Source: Myxococcota bacterium
GTDB lineage: Bacteria; Myxococcota_A; UBA9160; UBA6930
Assembly: GCA_965223415.1 (NCBI GenBank)
Contig: OZ245002.1
Location: 2,592,001 to 2,656,000 of the forward strand
DNA: 64,000 nt
Reading direction: 5' to 3'
Made by a program: the position numbers and the translations under genes. Shown piece by piece: positions 36,949-47,188 of the stretch (within the stretch, counting starts at the first letter, position 1; the number at the start of each line of letters is the position of its first letter). Under the pieces are notes generated by a model. That model was given only the letters and a program-made list of their open reading frames with translations. It was not told the DNA's origin and did not search any database.

Positions 36949-37317
36949 ATGAGCACCATCCAGTTCGCCGCACCGCAGTTCCTGGTCGGGGATCTCGAGG
37001 GATCGCTGGCGTTCTACCAACGCCTGGGCTTCGAGACGGAGTTCGTCTACGACGGCTTCTACGCCTGTGTCTCCCGGGACGGGGCGCGCATCCACCTGAA
37101 GTGCGCACCCAAGCTCGACGCGGAGCGCGCCCACCGCAAGGCGGGCGAGCACATCGACGCGTTCCTCGACGTGTCCGACCCGCAGGAGCTCTACAACGAG
37201 TTCGCCTCCGATGACATCCCGACGAACGGTCCGCCGGCCGAGCGGCCCTGGGGAGCGGTCGACTTCAACGTCGAGGACCCGGACGGCTACATCCTCTGCT
37301 TCTCGAAGCCCGCGTGA
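36949..37317 (+). CDS. VOC/glyoxalase/bleomycin-resistance family protein
   Basis: SLAFYQRLGF, PWG..F.VEDPDG. Confidence 0.88.
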   Translation: MSTIQFAAPQFLVGDLEGSLAFYQRLGFETEFVYDGFYACVSRDGARIHLKCAPKLDAERAHRKAGEHIDAFLDVSDPQELYNEFASDDIPTNGPPAERPWGAVDFNVEDPDGYILCFSKPA

Positions 37318-37342
37318 AACGCGCGCATACCTGGAGGTCGAC

Positions 37343-37756
37343 ATGGCGAAGATCAAGGGCGGGTGCCTGTGCGGAGCCGTCGGGTTCGAGATCGACGGAC
37401 GCATCAGCGGAGTGGGCCTCTGCCATTGCTCGGTGTGCCGGCGTGCGACGGGCATGGGCGGCACCGCGGTGGCGGTCACTGCCGCGCGGAGCCTGCGTTG
37501 GAGCTCCGGCGAGGACACGCTGACGACGTTCTCCCGTTCGAGCGGATGGGCGACTGCGTTCTGCCCGACCTGCGGCTCGCCAGCTCCGACCCTGCACGAG
37601 AACGGAAAGGCGTACCTGATTCCCGCCGGAATCCTGGAGGACGGGGAACCCCTGCGCGTCGCCCGGCACATCTTCGTCGGCTCTCGCGCGAGCTGGGACC
37701 GGATCGCGGACGACGCGCCGCAGTTCGAGCAGTGGCCGCCGGAGGAGTCGTCGTGA
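37343..37756 (+). CDS. GFA family protein
   Basis: GGCLCG, CHCSVCR, FCPTCGS. Confidence 0.9.
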   Translation: MAKIKGGCLCGAVGFEIDGRISGVGLCHCSVCRRATGMGGTAVAVTAARSLRWSSGEDTLTTFSRSSGWATAFCPTCGSPAPTLHENGKAYLIPAGILEDGEPLRVARHIFVGSRASWDRIADDAPQFEQWPPEESS

Positions 37757-37787
37757 CCCGCGCCTCCGGTCCCGGCCGGCCGCCGGG

Positions 37788-38993
37788 GTGAGCGACTCCG
37801 AGGCCGGCGCAACGTCCACTCCGTCCTCCCCGTCGCCGGCCGTGCTCTTCGCCCTGGGCTTCCGACCCTTTTTCCTGGCCGCCGGCCTCGCCGCGGTGGG
37901 GCTGATCGGCGCCTGGATCGCCGTGCTCCACGGCTTCGCCCTGCCGACCGCCTACGACCCGATCGGCGGCCCCATGGGCTGGCACGCCCACGAGATGCTC
38001 TTCGGCTACGTCAGCGCGGTGATCGCGGGCTTCCTGCTCACCTCGGTCCGCAACTGGACGGGGCTGCCGACACCGACGGGATGGAAGCTGGCCGCCCTTG
38101 TGGCGCTGTGGCTGGCGGGCCGCGCCGTGCCGCTCTTCCCGACGAGCATTCCCGCCGGCTGGATTGCGGCGGTGGATCTCGCCTTCCTTCCCGCGTTGGC
38201 GACCGCTCTGGCATTCCCCCTCGTGCGGAAGGGCATGGCCCGCAACCTGGTCTTCGTACCGATCCTCGTCGCCCTGGCGGCGGCGAATCTGTGCTTCCAC
38301 CTGCAGGTGCTCGGCGTCGCGGCGACGGGACGCGTAGGCGAACTCCTGGCCGTCGACCTGATCGTGCTCTTGATCGCGATCATCGGCGGCCGGGTCCTCC
38401 CGTTCTTCGTCGGCCGCGCGCTGCCCGGCGCGGCGCCGGCGAGTCGACCTGCGCTCGATTCCCTGTGCCTCGCGGCGATCGTCGCGCTGGCCGTACTCCG
38501 CCTGCTCGAGGCGAACACGGCGCTACGGGCCGTAGCGGGCGTCGCTGCCGCACTGCACGGAGTGCGCCTCGCCGGCTGGCACGACCCGCGCATCTGGTCG
38601 GCGCCGCTCCTCTGGGTGCTGTTCGTGGGCTACGCCTGGCTCGTCGTCGGCTTCGCGCTGACGGCGCTCGCGGGCTTCGTGCCGCACCTCGCCCCGCTGG
38701 CCCTCCACGCCTTCACCGCCGGCGCGATGGGCTCGATGACCCTGGGCATGATGACCCGCGTCTCGCTCGGCCACACCGGGCGACCCCTCGTGGCCTCGCG
38801 CGCTGCCGCTCTCGGCTTCGCCGCCATTCTCCTTGCGGGCCTGGCTCGGGTCGTGGCCCCCGCGATCGCACCGGGGCTCTACCACGATCTGGTCCTCGTC
38901 GCCGGCGGCGCCTGGATCGCCGCCTTCCTCCCCTTCGTCGCGGCCTCGGCGCGCATCCTCACCCGACCGCGCCCGGACGGACGCCCCGGCTGA
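37788..38993 (+). CDS. nnrS: NnrS family membrane protein
   Basis: GFRPFFL, WHAHEMLFGY, GFLLTSVRNWTG, IGGRVLPFF, RVSLGHTGR. Confidence 0.92.
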   Translation: MSDSEAGATSTPSSPSPAVLFALGFRPFFLAAGLAAVGLIGAWIAVLHGFALPTAYDPIGGPMGWHAHEMLFGYVSAVIAGFLLTSVRNWTGLPTPTGWKLAALVALWLAGRAVPLFPTSIPAGWIAAVDLAFLPALATALAFPLVRKGMARNLVFVPILVALAAANLCFHLQVLGVAATGRVGELLAVDLIVLLIAIIGGRVLPFFVGRALPGAAPASRPALDSLCLAAIVALAVLRLLEANTALRAVAGVAAALHGVRLAGWHDPRIWSAPLLWVLFVGYAWLVVGFALTALAGFVPHLAPLALHAFTAGAMGSMTLGMMTRVSLGHTGRPLVASRAAALGFAAILLAGLARVVAPAIAPGLYHDLVLVAGGAWIAAFLPFVAASARILTRPRPDGRPG

Positions 38994-38998
38994 GCGCC

Positions 38999-39241
38999 TC
39001 AGCGCTTGACCAGTCGATAGGCTCCCAAGAGCAGCATCGCTCCGATGACCGCGGCCACGAAGCTCCCGATGCTGCCCATCGCGCCGAGGCCGATCGCCGC
39101 GGAGGCGAACCCCCCGACGAACGCGCCGGCGACCCCCAGCAACGTCGTCACGACGAGGCCGCCGGGATCGGAGCCGGGCATGAGGAACTTCGCGACCACC
39201 CCGATCGCCAGCCCAGTCAAGAGGATCATCGCGATTTCCAC
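38999..39241 (-). CDS. GlsB/YeaQ/YmgE (transglycosylase-associated) small membrane protein
   Basis: AKFLMPGSDPGG..LGVAGAFVGG..AVIGA. Confidence 0.88.
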   Translation of the reverse strand: MEIAMILLTGLAIGVVAKFLMPGSDPGGLVVTTLLGVAGAFVGGFASAAIGLGAMGSIGSFVAAVIGAMLLLGAYRLVKR

Positions 39242-39275
39242 GGCTCACTCCTTTCGGAACCCAGCGGCACCGATA

Positions 39276-39980
39276 CTAGGGGGAGGACGGGTGCAGCTCG
39301 ACGCGTCGGTTCGCGGCGCGTCCTTCCGCCGTCTCGTTGGTGGCAACCGGCTCCGACTCGCCGCGCCCCTCGGTCGCGAGGCGCGCGGGCGACAGGCCCC
39401 GGGCCACCAGGAAGTCCAGGACCGCCTGGGCCCGACGTCGCGACAGGCCCAGGTTGTAGGCCTCGGAGCCGATCCAGTCCGTGTGCCCGACGATCCGGAC
39501 CTGGACCGAGCTGCATTCGCCAAGGCGGTCCGCGACGCCGCTCAGTGCGGCCCGTCCGGCGGGGCGCAGGTCGGAACGATCGAACTCGAAGTTCACGCCG
39601 GGAAACGTGAAGGTCTGCTCGCAGGGGTCGGGCGGGGTGGCGGGCTGGAGCGGCGGCGGCTCCGGCGATTGCGCAACCAGCGGCTCCGCCGCCGGCTCGG
39701 TGGGCGGTGCGGGCTCGATCTCCCTCTCGGCCGTCTCCGGCTCGCCCTCGCCGAGGACCGCGCAGGTCAGGTAGCCGACGCCTCCGCCCACCAGGATCCC
39801 CAGCGCGCCGTATCCCATGATCGAATCGCCGTCGTGCTTGCGGTCGCTCTTGGCCCCCCCCACGGCCCCGCCCGCGCCGCCGAGCGAGGCACCGATGACG
39901 GCGCACGTCTTGGGCTCGGGAAGGGAGGCACAGCCCAGAAAGGCGACCAGCCAGAGAGACGTGAGAACCCGGGACAACAT
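39276..39980 (-). CDS. OmpA-family lipoprotein with glycine zipper
   Basis: FLGC lipobox; FEFD, GHTD..YNLGLSRRRA, NRRVE. Confidence 0.9.
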   Translation of the reverse strand: MLSRVLTSLWLVAFLGCASLPEPKTCAVIGASLGGAGGAVGGAKSDRKHDGDSIMGYGALGILVGGGVGYLTCAVLGEGEPETAEREIEPAPPTEPAAEPLVAQSPEPPPLQPATPPDPCEQTFTFPGVNFEFDRSDLRPAGRAALSGVADRLGECSSVQVRIVGHTDWIGSEAYNLGLSRRRAQAVLDFLVARGLSPARLATEGRGESEPVATNETAEGRAANRRVELHPSSP

Positions 39981-40146
39981 GAGACCTCCTCGTGACGCGA
40001 AACCTGCTGGATGGGCAGACCGCATGAGACGTATCCTCGCGAAATGCTCGGCACTTCGGAGCCGCACGGGCTCGCTTTCGGGTCGCATCTCCACTCCGCG
40101 GGGGACCGTGGCGTTCCGGCGATGCTCGTCGCCCGCGTGACGGACC

Positions 40147-41097
40147 ATGCCTGACGATCGCTCGCTTTTCGCCCATCGGACTGTGACGCCGGACACCGTC
40201 GCCACCTTCGCGGCGCTCACCGGCGACTACGCGCGGATCCACGTCGACCACCGGCTGGGCGAAGCCACGCCCCGGGGGTGGGGCTTTGCCCACGGTCTGC
40301 TGAGCGCGAGCTGGGCACTCGGCGCCCTCACCCTACACGCGCCCGAGCGGGTGGGCCATGGCGAGCCGGCACTCTTCGTCTCGGACTTCGGCGTCCGCTT
40401 CCGCGACGTCGTCGGCTTCGGCGACACCCTGGCCCTGCGATGGCAAGACGCGCCCGCCGAGCCCGGCTCGGCCTTGCGCACGGACTTCGAGGTACTCGAT
40501 CAAGACGAGCGCATCGTGACCTCTGGTCACGTCGCCCTGCGGCGACACGGATCGGAGGCGCCGTCGGAAGCGCCCTGGCCCGCCAGCGTCTACCGACCGC
40601 CGGCAGGGACCTCACCGATGGCCGCCGAGGATCTCCTCGAGCATGGGCCTCGCGGCGCCTCCCCCGTGCGCACCCTCACCGAGAGCGACGTCGTCGCCTT
40701 CACCGGCTTCACCGGAGAGCTGAACCCGCTCTACCTCGACGCTCCATTCGCGGAACGCTCACCCTTCGGCGAACGCATCGTCCCACCGATGCTGTGCTTC
40801 TGCCTCGGCTTCCCGGTATGGCTGCGCGAGCTCATGAAGCTCCCGATGGCCGGAGACGAGAGCACCGCCGGCCACCTGGGGGATCGCTGGCAGGTCGTGG
40901 CGCCGGTGCGCCTCGGCGACACCCTCGAGGTGCGCTATCGCCCCCTGGCCCTGCGGCGCACCCGGAGCCGTCCGAGCCACGGGGTCGCAACCTTCGGTCT
41001 CCAGCTGGTCGATCAGCACGAAGCCGTCGCACTCCAGGGCGAGGTGGACATGATGCTCGCCATGGGCGAGCCGGCGACGGAAGGAGATCCGACCTGA
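40147..41097 (+). CDS. Double MaoC/hotdog dehydratase-like protein
   Basis: FAALTGDYARIH..AHG and a second FTGELNPLY..FGERI repeat. Confidence 0.8.
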   Translation: MPDDRSLFAHRTVTPDTVATFAALTGDYARIHVDHRLGEATPRGWGFAHGLLSASWALGALTLHAPERVGHGEPALFVSDFGVRFRDVVGFGDTLALRWQDAPAEPGSALRTDFEVLDQDERIVTSGHVALRRHGSEAPSEAPWPASVYRPPAGTSPMAAEDLLEHGPRGASPVRTLTESDVVAFTGFTGELNPLYLDAPFAERSPFGERIVPPMLCFCLGFPVWLRELMKLPMAGDESTAGHLGDRWQVVAPVRLGDTLEVRYRPLALRRTRSRPSHGVATFGLQLVDQHEAVALQGEVDMMLAMGEPATEGDPT

Positions 41098-41109
41098 TCG
41101 AGCCGCGGC

Positions 41110-41928
41110 TCACCCGGCGGCTTCGTCCCGGGCCGCGAACACCTTCTTCGCCAGGTGGATGCCGTCGATTGCGCGAGGGAACCCTGCGTAGAGAACGGCC
41201 GTGATCATCACTTCCTCGACGTCCTCCCGGGTAACGCCGTGGTTCAGCGCGCCACCCAGATGGATCTCCAGCTCGTGGGGGAGGGCGAGGGCGGTGAGGG
41301 CCGAGATCACGACCAGGCTGCGATCGCGGCGGGAGAGCTGGGAACGGGACCATACGTCGCCGAAGGCGTAGTCCAGGACGAAGTGGCCCATGTCGCCGAG
41401 CTGCTCGACCGTGGCCGTCGCCGCGAACTCCATGTCCGTACCGGCCGGCATGCCCAGGAGCGTGCGCAGCACGTCCTTTCCGTCCTCGCGCCGCTTCTCG
41501 TCGTCCTTCAGCGCGGCGGGCGCGGGCGGCGTCGACCGCTGCTCTGCGCCTTCGCGCTCTGCCAGGACCTTCGCGACGAGCATCGCTCCGCCGAGTGCGA
41601 AGGGCACGCCGATGTAGGGGGCGAGCTGCACCATGATCTCGTCGATCTCGTCGACGGCGAGCCCGTGGTTCAGGCCTCCCGCGACGTGATGGGAGAGCTC
41701 CGTCTCGCGCCCGAGGGCGGTCAGCATCGAGATCACGACGAGGCTGCGATCCCGGCGGGAGAGCTGCGGGCGGCTCCAGATCTCGCCGGCGCCGGTGCGC
41801 AGCGCGATGCTGCCCAGGGCGCCCAGGCCCTCGAAGACCCCGGCCAGGGCCTGGCCGGCTTCGCCCGAGCCGGACAGGGTCGAGAGCACTTCGAGACCGC
41901 GGCGGGCGCGAGTGTCGGGATCGGTCAT
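41110..41928 (-). CDS. Duplicated carboxymuconolactone-decarboxylase (CMD) family protein
   Basis: Two WSRxxLSRRDRSLVVIS..ALNHG repeats; YAGFP. Confidence 0.88.
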   Translation of the reverse strand: MTDPDTRARRGLEVLSTLSGSGEAGQALAGVFEGLGALGSIALRTGAGEIWSRPQLSRRDRSLVVISMLTALGRETELSHHVAGGLNHGLAVDEIDEIMVQLAPYIGVPFALGGAMLVAKVLAEREGAEQRSTPPAPAALKDDEKRREDGKDVLRTLLGMPAGTDMEFAATATVEQLGDMGHFVLDYAFGDVWSRSQLSRRDRSLVVISALTALALPHELEIHLGGALNHGVTREDVEEVMITAVLYAGFPRAIDGIHLAKKVFAARDEAAG

Positions 41929-42932
41929 GGGGCCTCCTGGCTCGGCGCGACGCGAAGCACGAGCTTGCCGCGAACGCCGCGGGCGATCAGACGCTCGAGG
42001 GCTTCGGGCAGCGCCTCGAAGGGAACTTCCTCGTCGATGCGGGTGCGCAGCCGGCCCTCCCGCCACCAGGTCAGGAGCTGCTCCTGCGCCCGCTCCTTGA
42101 AGGCACGGTCGTAGTGGCTCGGAATGACGCCGACGACGGAGTAGTTGTTGTAGACCATGTGGGCCGTGTCCACGGCGCCCCAGCTCCCGCTGGCGAAGCC
42201 GATGGCGAGGATCCTGCCTTCCGGCGCGATGCAGCGGGTGGCCTTCGCGAACGCCTCGCCGCCGACCGGATCGTAGATCGCGTCGGCGCCCCGGCCGTCG
42301 GTCGCGGCTCGCACGGCCTCCGCGATGTCCTCGGCGCGGTGGTCGATGACGTGGTCGGCGCCGAGCTCGCGACAGAAGGCGACGCGCTCGGGCCCGCCGG
42401 CGGTGGCCAGCACCCGGGCGCCCAGGGCCTTGCCGATCTGGATCGCCGCCTGCCCCGTTCCGCCGGCGCCGCCCAGGACGACGAGGGTCTCGCCCGCTTC
42501 GAGCCGGCCCCGGGCGATCAGCCCGATGAAGGCGGTGTGGAAGGGGATCAGGAAGCCGGCGGCCTCCGCGTCGCCCATGGCCTCCGGCACCGGGAGACAG
42601 AAGTCGTCGAGGGCCAGGCACTGCTCCGCGAAGGCACCGGCACCGGTGAAGAAGCTGGTGACCGCCATGACCCGGTCTCCCACGCTCCGGCCTTCGACCC
42701 CGTCGCCCCACGCGACGACGCGCCCGGCGACCTCCTGGCCCTGGGTGAATGGCAGGGAGGAGGGCGTCATGGCGTAGCTGCCCTGACACATGAACGCGTC
42801 GGGCAGGCCGATCCCCGCCGTGCCGACGTCCAGCAGCACCGTCCCGGGGTAGGGCTCCGGGGGCGCCGCGTTATCGTTCAGGCGCAGGGCGTCCCGGGGG
42901 CGTCCGCGCTTCGTGGTCTGCCAGGCTCGCAT
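41925..42932 (-). CDS. NADPH:quinone oxidoreductase family (MDR)
   Basis: GxEVAG, GGAGGTG, YDPVGG, IGFASG. Confidence 0.9.
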   Translation of the reverse strand: MRAWQTTKRGRPRDALRLNDNAAPPEPYPGTVLLDVGTAGIGLPDAFMCQGSYAMTPSSLPFTQGQEVAGRVVAWGDGVEGRSVGDRVMAVTSFFTGAGAFAEQCLALDDFCLPVPEAMGDAEAAGFLIPFHTAFIGLIARGRLEAGETLVVLGGAGGTGQAAIQIGKALGARVLATAGGPERVAFCRELGADHVIDHRAEDIAEAVRAATDGRGADAIYDPVGGEAFAKATRCIAPEGRILAIGFASGSWGAVDTAHMVYNNYSVVGVIPSHYDRAFKERAQEQLLTWWREGRLRTRIDEEVPFEALPEALERLIARGVRGKLVLRVAPSQEAP

Positions 42933-42957
42933 CGAGTCGTTCTCCCTCTCCGGACGA

Positions 42958-43821
42958 CTAACGACTGAACACAGCGTGGCCGCCTTCGGGCAACGCCGGA
43001 CGCTTGCCGTCGAGGATCGCCTGCAGGCGCTCCTCGACGGCGGCGCGATGACCCTCGTGCGTGTGGACGTAGAAGGTCCCGTCGAGGATCGCGTCGTGCA
43101 CCAGGCCCGCGACCCGCTCGGCGGGCATGCTCGCCTCGACGACGGCGCGGAAGGTCTCGACCGTCTCGCGCATCTCCTCGGAGGCCAGGTCGGTGCTCGA
43201 GGCCACCAGCTCCTCCGGGCGATTGCGGTCCGATTCCCAGATGCGCGTGTTCACGTGGCCGGGACAGAGCACCGACACGCCGACCTTGCTGCCCGCCGCC
43301 GCCAGCTCGTGGTAGAGGGTCTCGGACAGGGTGACCACGCCGTGCTTGGTCACGTTGTAGGGCGCGATGCCCGGCACCGAGACGAGTCCCGCCATGGAGG
43401 CCGTGTTTACGATGTGGCCTTCGTCCTGGGCGATCAGGTGCTTGGTGAAGACGCGGACGCCGTGAATCGCGCCCCACAGGTTGGGGCGCATGGCGAACTC
43501 CCAGTCCTCGGTGGTGAGCTCCCAGGTCGCGCCTCCGGAGCCCACGCCGGCGTTGTTGCAGACCACGTGGACCGCACCGAAGCGCTCGAGCGCGCTCTCG
43601 GCCAACGCGTCCATCGCCGCCGCGTCCGAGACGTCCAGCCGGCGGGCCAGCACCTCCACGCCGTCCGCCGCGAAGGCGCTGGCGGCCTCGTCCAGGGGCT
43701 CCGCCTCCACGTCGACCAGTACCAGCTTCATGCCCTCGGCGGCGAAGCGCGTCGCCAGGGCGTGGCCGATCCCACTGGCGCCGCCGGTCACGACGGCGAC
43801 CTTGCCGGCCAGCTCTTGCAT
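42958..43821 (-). CDS. Short-chain dehydrogenase/reductase
   Basis: TGGASGIG, NNAG, YNVTK; GGAGG SD. Confidence 0.92.
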   Translation of the reverse strand: MQELAGKVAVVTGGASGIGHALATRFAAEGMKLVLVDVEAEPLDEAASAFAADGVEVLARRLDVSDAAAMDALAESALERFGAVHVVCNNAGVGSGGATWELTTEDWEFAMRPNLWGAIHGVRVFTKHLIAQDEGHIVNTASMAGLVSVPGIAPYNVTKHGVVTLSETLYHELAAAGSKVGVSVLCPGHVNTRIWESDRNRPEELVASSTDLASEEMRETVETFRAVVEASMPAERVAGLVHDAILDGTFYVHTHEGHRAAVEERLQAILDGKRPALPEGGHAVFSR

Positions 43822-43895
43822 GGGGGCCTCCTTGCCTGCCGCCCGGCGCAGCCGGGCACGAGGCACCAAGCTTGGCACAACCCCGCGGAGACGGA

Positions 43896-45419
43896 CTAGA
43901 GGAGCCCCTTCCAGGCCTCCCGCTCGCGGTCCTGCGGTGCGTCCTCGCCGATCGTCTCCCGGCCGAGCTGCAGGGTGGCCCGGCGCGAGGGCTCGTAGGC
44001 GGGCCAGCGACCGCCGGGCAGGCCCGGATGGCTCGGGTCGCCGGTGCGCGCGAAGGCGATCCAGGCGTCCATGACCTGGCCGGAGAGGCGCTCGGCGTCG
44101 GGGCCGGTGCCGACGAAGAGCTCGGAGCCCTCGCGGCCGACCTGCCCGAACACGAAGGGCAGCTCGATGGCGTGGCAGGCGCCGAGGGCGCCGCCCATCA
44201 TCGGCGATTCCCAGTTGAACGTGTACATGTACACCGCGTCGCGATGGCGCTGCTGGGCCTCGGCCAGGCGGATGGCGGGAAGGCGGAAGACCCGGTCGGT
44301 CTCGATGGCGAAGAACAGGTCCTTCGGGGTGTCGGCGCCGCTGCCGGCGCGGGCCGTCCGGTAGGCGTCGACGACGCGCCCGGCAGCGGCCTCGTCGCCG
44401 AGCTGGGCGGCGACGCGCTCCCGCAGGCCCGCCTCGTCGAGGGTGGCGAGGCCCTGTTCGAGGAAGCCGAAGAGCTTCCACTCGTCGCGGGTGGTGCCGG
44501 TCAGCAGGTCGATCCCCGCGGCGTGTCCCGCCTCGATCGCAGCCAGCGGCGGCTCGGGCAGGAAGTCGTCGTCCACCAGGGGCTGGAAGGGCAGCAGGCC
44601 GAGAGTGGTTCCCAGCTTGAGGACCATCTGCTGCTGGGTGTCGAGCAGCTTGTCCGGCGGGATGCGGCGCAGCTGCTCCGCGGCCTGCTCGGGTGCAATG
44701 CCGACCGCTTCCAGGAAATGGCGAGCTACCTCGGTCGCGGTTTCTCGGGTGTGGACGTTGTGGGCGGCGCCGCTCTGGGGAATCGCGCGCTGGAACAGGC
44801 CTGCTGCGCTCGGCGTGCCGAGAAGCGTGCCGACGCTCATGCCCCCGGCCGACTCGCCGAAGATGGTCACGTTCGCCGGATCGCCGCCGAAGGCCGCGAT
44901 GTTCTCCTGCACCCACTCGAGGGCAGCGACCTGGTCGCGGATGCCGGCGTTGCCCACGGCGCCAACGAGATCCGGACACAGATCGGCGAGGTAGAGGAAG
45001 CCGAGCGGGCCCAGGCGATAGTTGAGGGTCACCACCACCACGTCGCCGCGTCCGGCGAGGGGCACCCCGTCGTAGATGGGCTGCGAGCCGGAGCCGATCA
45101 CGAAGCCGCCGCCGTGGATCCAGACGAGCACGGGCCTGCACCCGCCGTCGGTGCCCGGCGTGTAGACGTTCAGCGTGAGGCAGTCTTCGTCCATCGGCCC
45201 CACGTCCATGCCGGGCAGGGGCAGGGCCATCGGGTTCTGGGGCGCGCTCGAGCCGAACTCGGTGGCCCGGTGCACGCCCGGCCAGGGCTCCTCGCGCACA
45301 GGCGCGGCGAAGCGCAGGGAGCCGACCGGCGGCCGGGCGTAGGGCACGCCCCGGAAGACGTGGACGTCCGCGTCCTGGGTTCCCTCGATCCTCCCGCTGC
45401 GCGTCTCGACGATGGCCAT
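43896..45419 (-). CDS. Carboxylesterase type B
   Basis: EDCLTLNV, HGGG, GESAG, HAIE. Confidence 0.94.
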   Translation of the reverse strand: MAIVETRSGRIEGTQDADVHVFRGVPYARPPVGSLRFAAPVREEPWPGVHRATEFGSSAPQNPMALPLPGMDVGPMDEDCLTLNVYTPGTDGGCRPVLVWIHGGGFVIGSGSQPIYDGVPLAGRGDVVVVTLNYRLGPLGFLYLADLCPDLVGAVGNAGIRDQVAALEWVQENIAAFGGDPANVTIFGESAGGMSVGTLLGTPSAAGLFQRAIPQSGAAHNVHTRETATEVARHFLEAVGIAPEQAAEQLRRIPPDKLLDTQQQMVLKLGTTLGLLPFQPLVDDDFLPEPPLAAIEAGHAAGIDLLTGTTRDEWKLFGFLEQGLATLDEAGLRERVAAQLGDEAAAGRVVDAYRTARAGSGADTPKDLFFAIETDRVFRLPAIRLAEAQQRHRDAVYMYTFNWESPMMGGALGACHAIELPFVFGQVGREGSELFVGTGPDAERLSGQVMDAWIAFARTGDPSHPGLPGGRWPAYEPSRRATLQLGRETIGEDAPQDREREAWKGLL

Positions 45420-45550
45420 GAGGTCCTCCTGCTGGGTCGGGTCCCGCGGTTCAGCCCAGGATGGCACCGATCCGGCGAGAGGGCTCCCGGGCGGCCGAGG
45501 GCCGGGCCCACGCCGACCGGGGGGAGCGGATCCGGTCTATCCTCGTCGTC

Positions 45551-47164
45551 GTGAAGCGGAAAACCCTCGCCCCGATGCGATGGCTTCGCGCCGCCTGGTT
45601 CGCGCCGCGCTCCGTGCTGTTCTTCCGCAACATCGGTGCGATCGGCATCGCCGCGGTCGCCTGCGTGGTGCCGGAGGTGGGCCCGAACCGCTTCTGGATC
45701 GCCGGGATCCTGGCCTTCGTCTGCGTTCCGGCGGCCACCTGGCTCGAGAATCGCATCCCGGTCGCGGAGAACGGCTGGGTCCAGCCGCTCTTCGACCTCA
45801 CCGTCGTCGTCACCCTGGTCCACCTGATCCCGGACATGTGGTATCCGGCCCTGGTGATCGGACTGATCGTGGTCCAGGCGCCCAGTGTCGCCGAGAGCGA
45901 GGCGAGCGCCCGGCTCTACGCCTTGTTCGCGACCATCCTCACCGCGGGCATGACTTTCGCCGCGGTCGTGCACGACGTGCCGGGCTGGCACCTGCCGATC
46001 CTCGCGATGGTGGTGCTGTATCCGTCCGTCATCTTCTACTCGCACCGCCAGTCGATGCACGCGAACGAGATCCGCGAGCGGGCCCAGGCCCTCGAGGGGC
46101 TTCGCGTCGTCGCCGGAGGCGTGGCCCACGACTTCAACAACCTCCTCACGGGCGTCCTGGGGCATGCGGAGCTCGCCCTCGCCGAGCTTCCCCACGACGC
46201 GCCCGCCCGCGAGTCGATCGAGGAGGCGATGAGCGGAGCGGAGCGGGCGGGCCTGCTCTCCGCCCGTCTGCTGAGCTTCTCGGGAAGCCACATGGCACCC
46301 CGGGAGCTGCTCGACACCGAGGCCGAAGTCCGGGACCTGATCGCGCTGCTTCGGCCGGTCGTGCCGAAAGGTGTCGAGCTCGAGCTGGAGTCGACGATCC
46401 GCGGCGTGCGCGTGCGCGCCGGAAGGGCGGAGCTCCAGCAGCTGGTCATGAACCTGATCCTGAACGCGAGCGAGGCGTGCGGCGGGCAGCCGAGCCACGT
46501 GCGCGTCCGGCTCGAGCCCGGCTCGTCCGGGGCGCCGCGGCCCAGCGTGCGGCTGCGCGTCGTCGACGAGGGCCCCGGCATCCCGAAGGCCTTGCAGCCC
46601 CGCATCTTCGACCCCTTCTTCACGTTGAAGGAGAGGGGCCACGGACTCGGCCTCTCGAGTGCCCGCGCCATCGTCGACGACCTCGGCGGCCGGATCCAGG
46701 TCGAGAGCGTGCCGGGCGAGGGCACCGAGATGATCGTGCACCTGCCCGCCGAGGTGGCGGCGGAAGCCCCGCTTCGCGCGGCGGCACCTCCCGTGGTCCC
46801 GCTCGGGGGAAGAGCGCTCGTGGTCGACGACGAGGCCCCGGTGCGCTCGGTCCTCTCCAGCATGCTTCGCCAGCTGGACTACGACGTGGAGGAGGCCGTC
46901 GACGGCTTCGAGGGCGTCCGCCGTTTCCGGGAGGCTGGCGGCGACTTCTCGGCGGTCCTCCTGGATCTCCGCATGCCGGGAATGGACGGCTGGCAGTGCC
47001 TGCAGGAGCTGCAGCGGATCCGGACCGGCGTGCCCGTCGTGGTGTGCAGCGGCCACGACCCCTTCGACGTGCGGGACCGTCCCGGCGGAAGCGACGTCGT
47101 CTTCCTGCCCAAGCCGGTTCGCCTCGCGGAGCTTCGCGAGGCGCTTACTCGTCGGCAGGCATGA
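45551..47164 (+). CDS. Membrane hybrid sensor histidine kinase/receiver
   Basis: TM domain; AHDFNNLL, NLILNA, DEGPG, GLGL; receiver VVDDE..LLDLRMP..KP; start uncertain (45461/45551/45575). Confidence 0.9.
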   Translation: MKRKTLAPMRWLRAAWFAPRSVLFFRNIGAIGIAAVACVVPEVGPNRFWIAGILAFVCVPAATWLENRIPVAENGWVQPLFDLTVVVTLVHLIPDMWYPALVIGLIVVQAPSVAESEASARLYALFATILTAGMTFAAVVHDVPGWHLPILAMVVLYPSVIFYSHRQSMHANEIRERAQALEGLRVVAGGVAHDFNNLLTGVLGHAELALAELPHDAPARESIEEAMSGAERAGLLSARLLSFSGSHMAPRELLDTEAEVRDLIALLRPVVPKGVELELESTIRGVRVRAGRAELQQLVMNLILNASEACGGQPSHVRVRLEPGSSGAPRPSVRLRVVDEGPGIPKALQPRIFDPFFTLKERGHGLGLSSARAIVDDLGGRIQVESVPGEGTEMIVHLPAEVAAEAPLRAAAPPVVPLGGRALVVDDEAPVRSVLSSMLRQLDYDVEEAVDGFEGVRRFREAGGDFSAVLLDLRMPGMDGWQCLQELQRIRTGVPVVVCSGHDPFDVRDRPGGSDVVFLPKPVRLAELREALTRRQA

Positions 47165-47188
47165 AGGCGAGCGGGCCGGCCCTTGGCG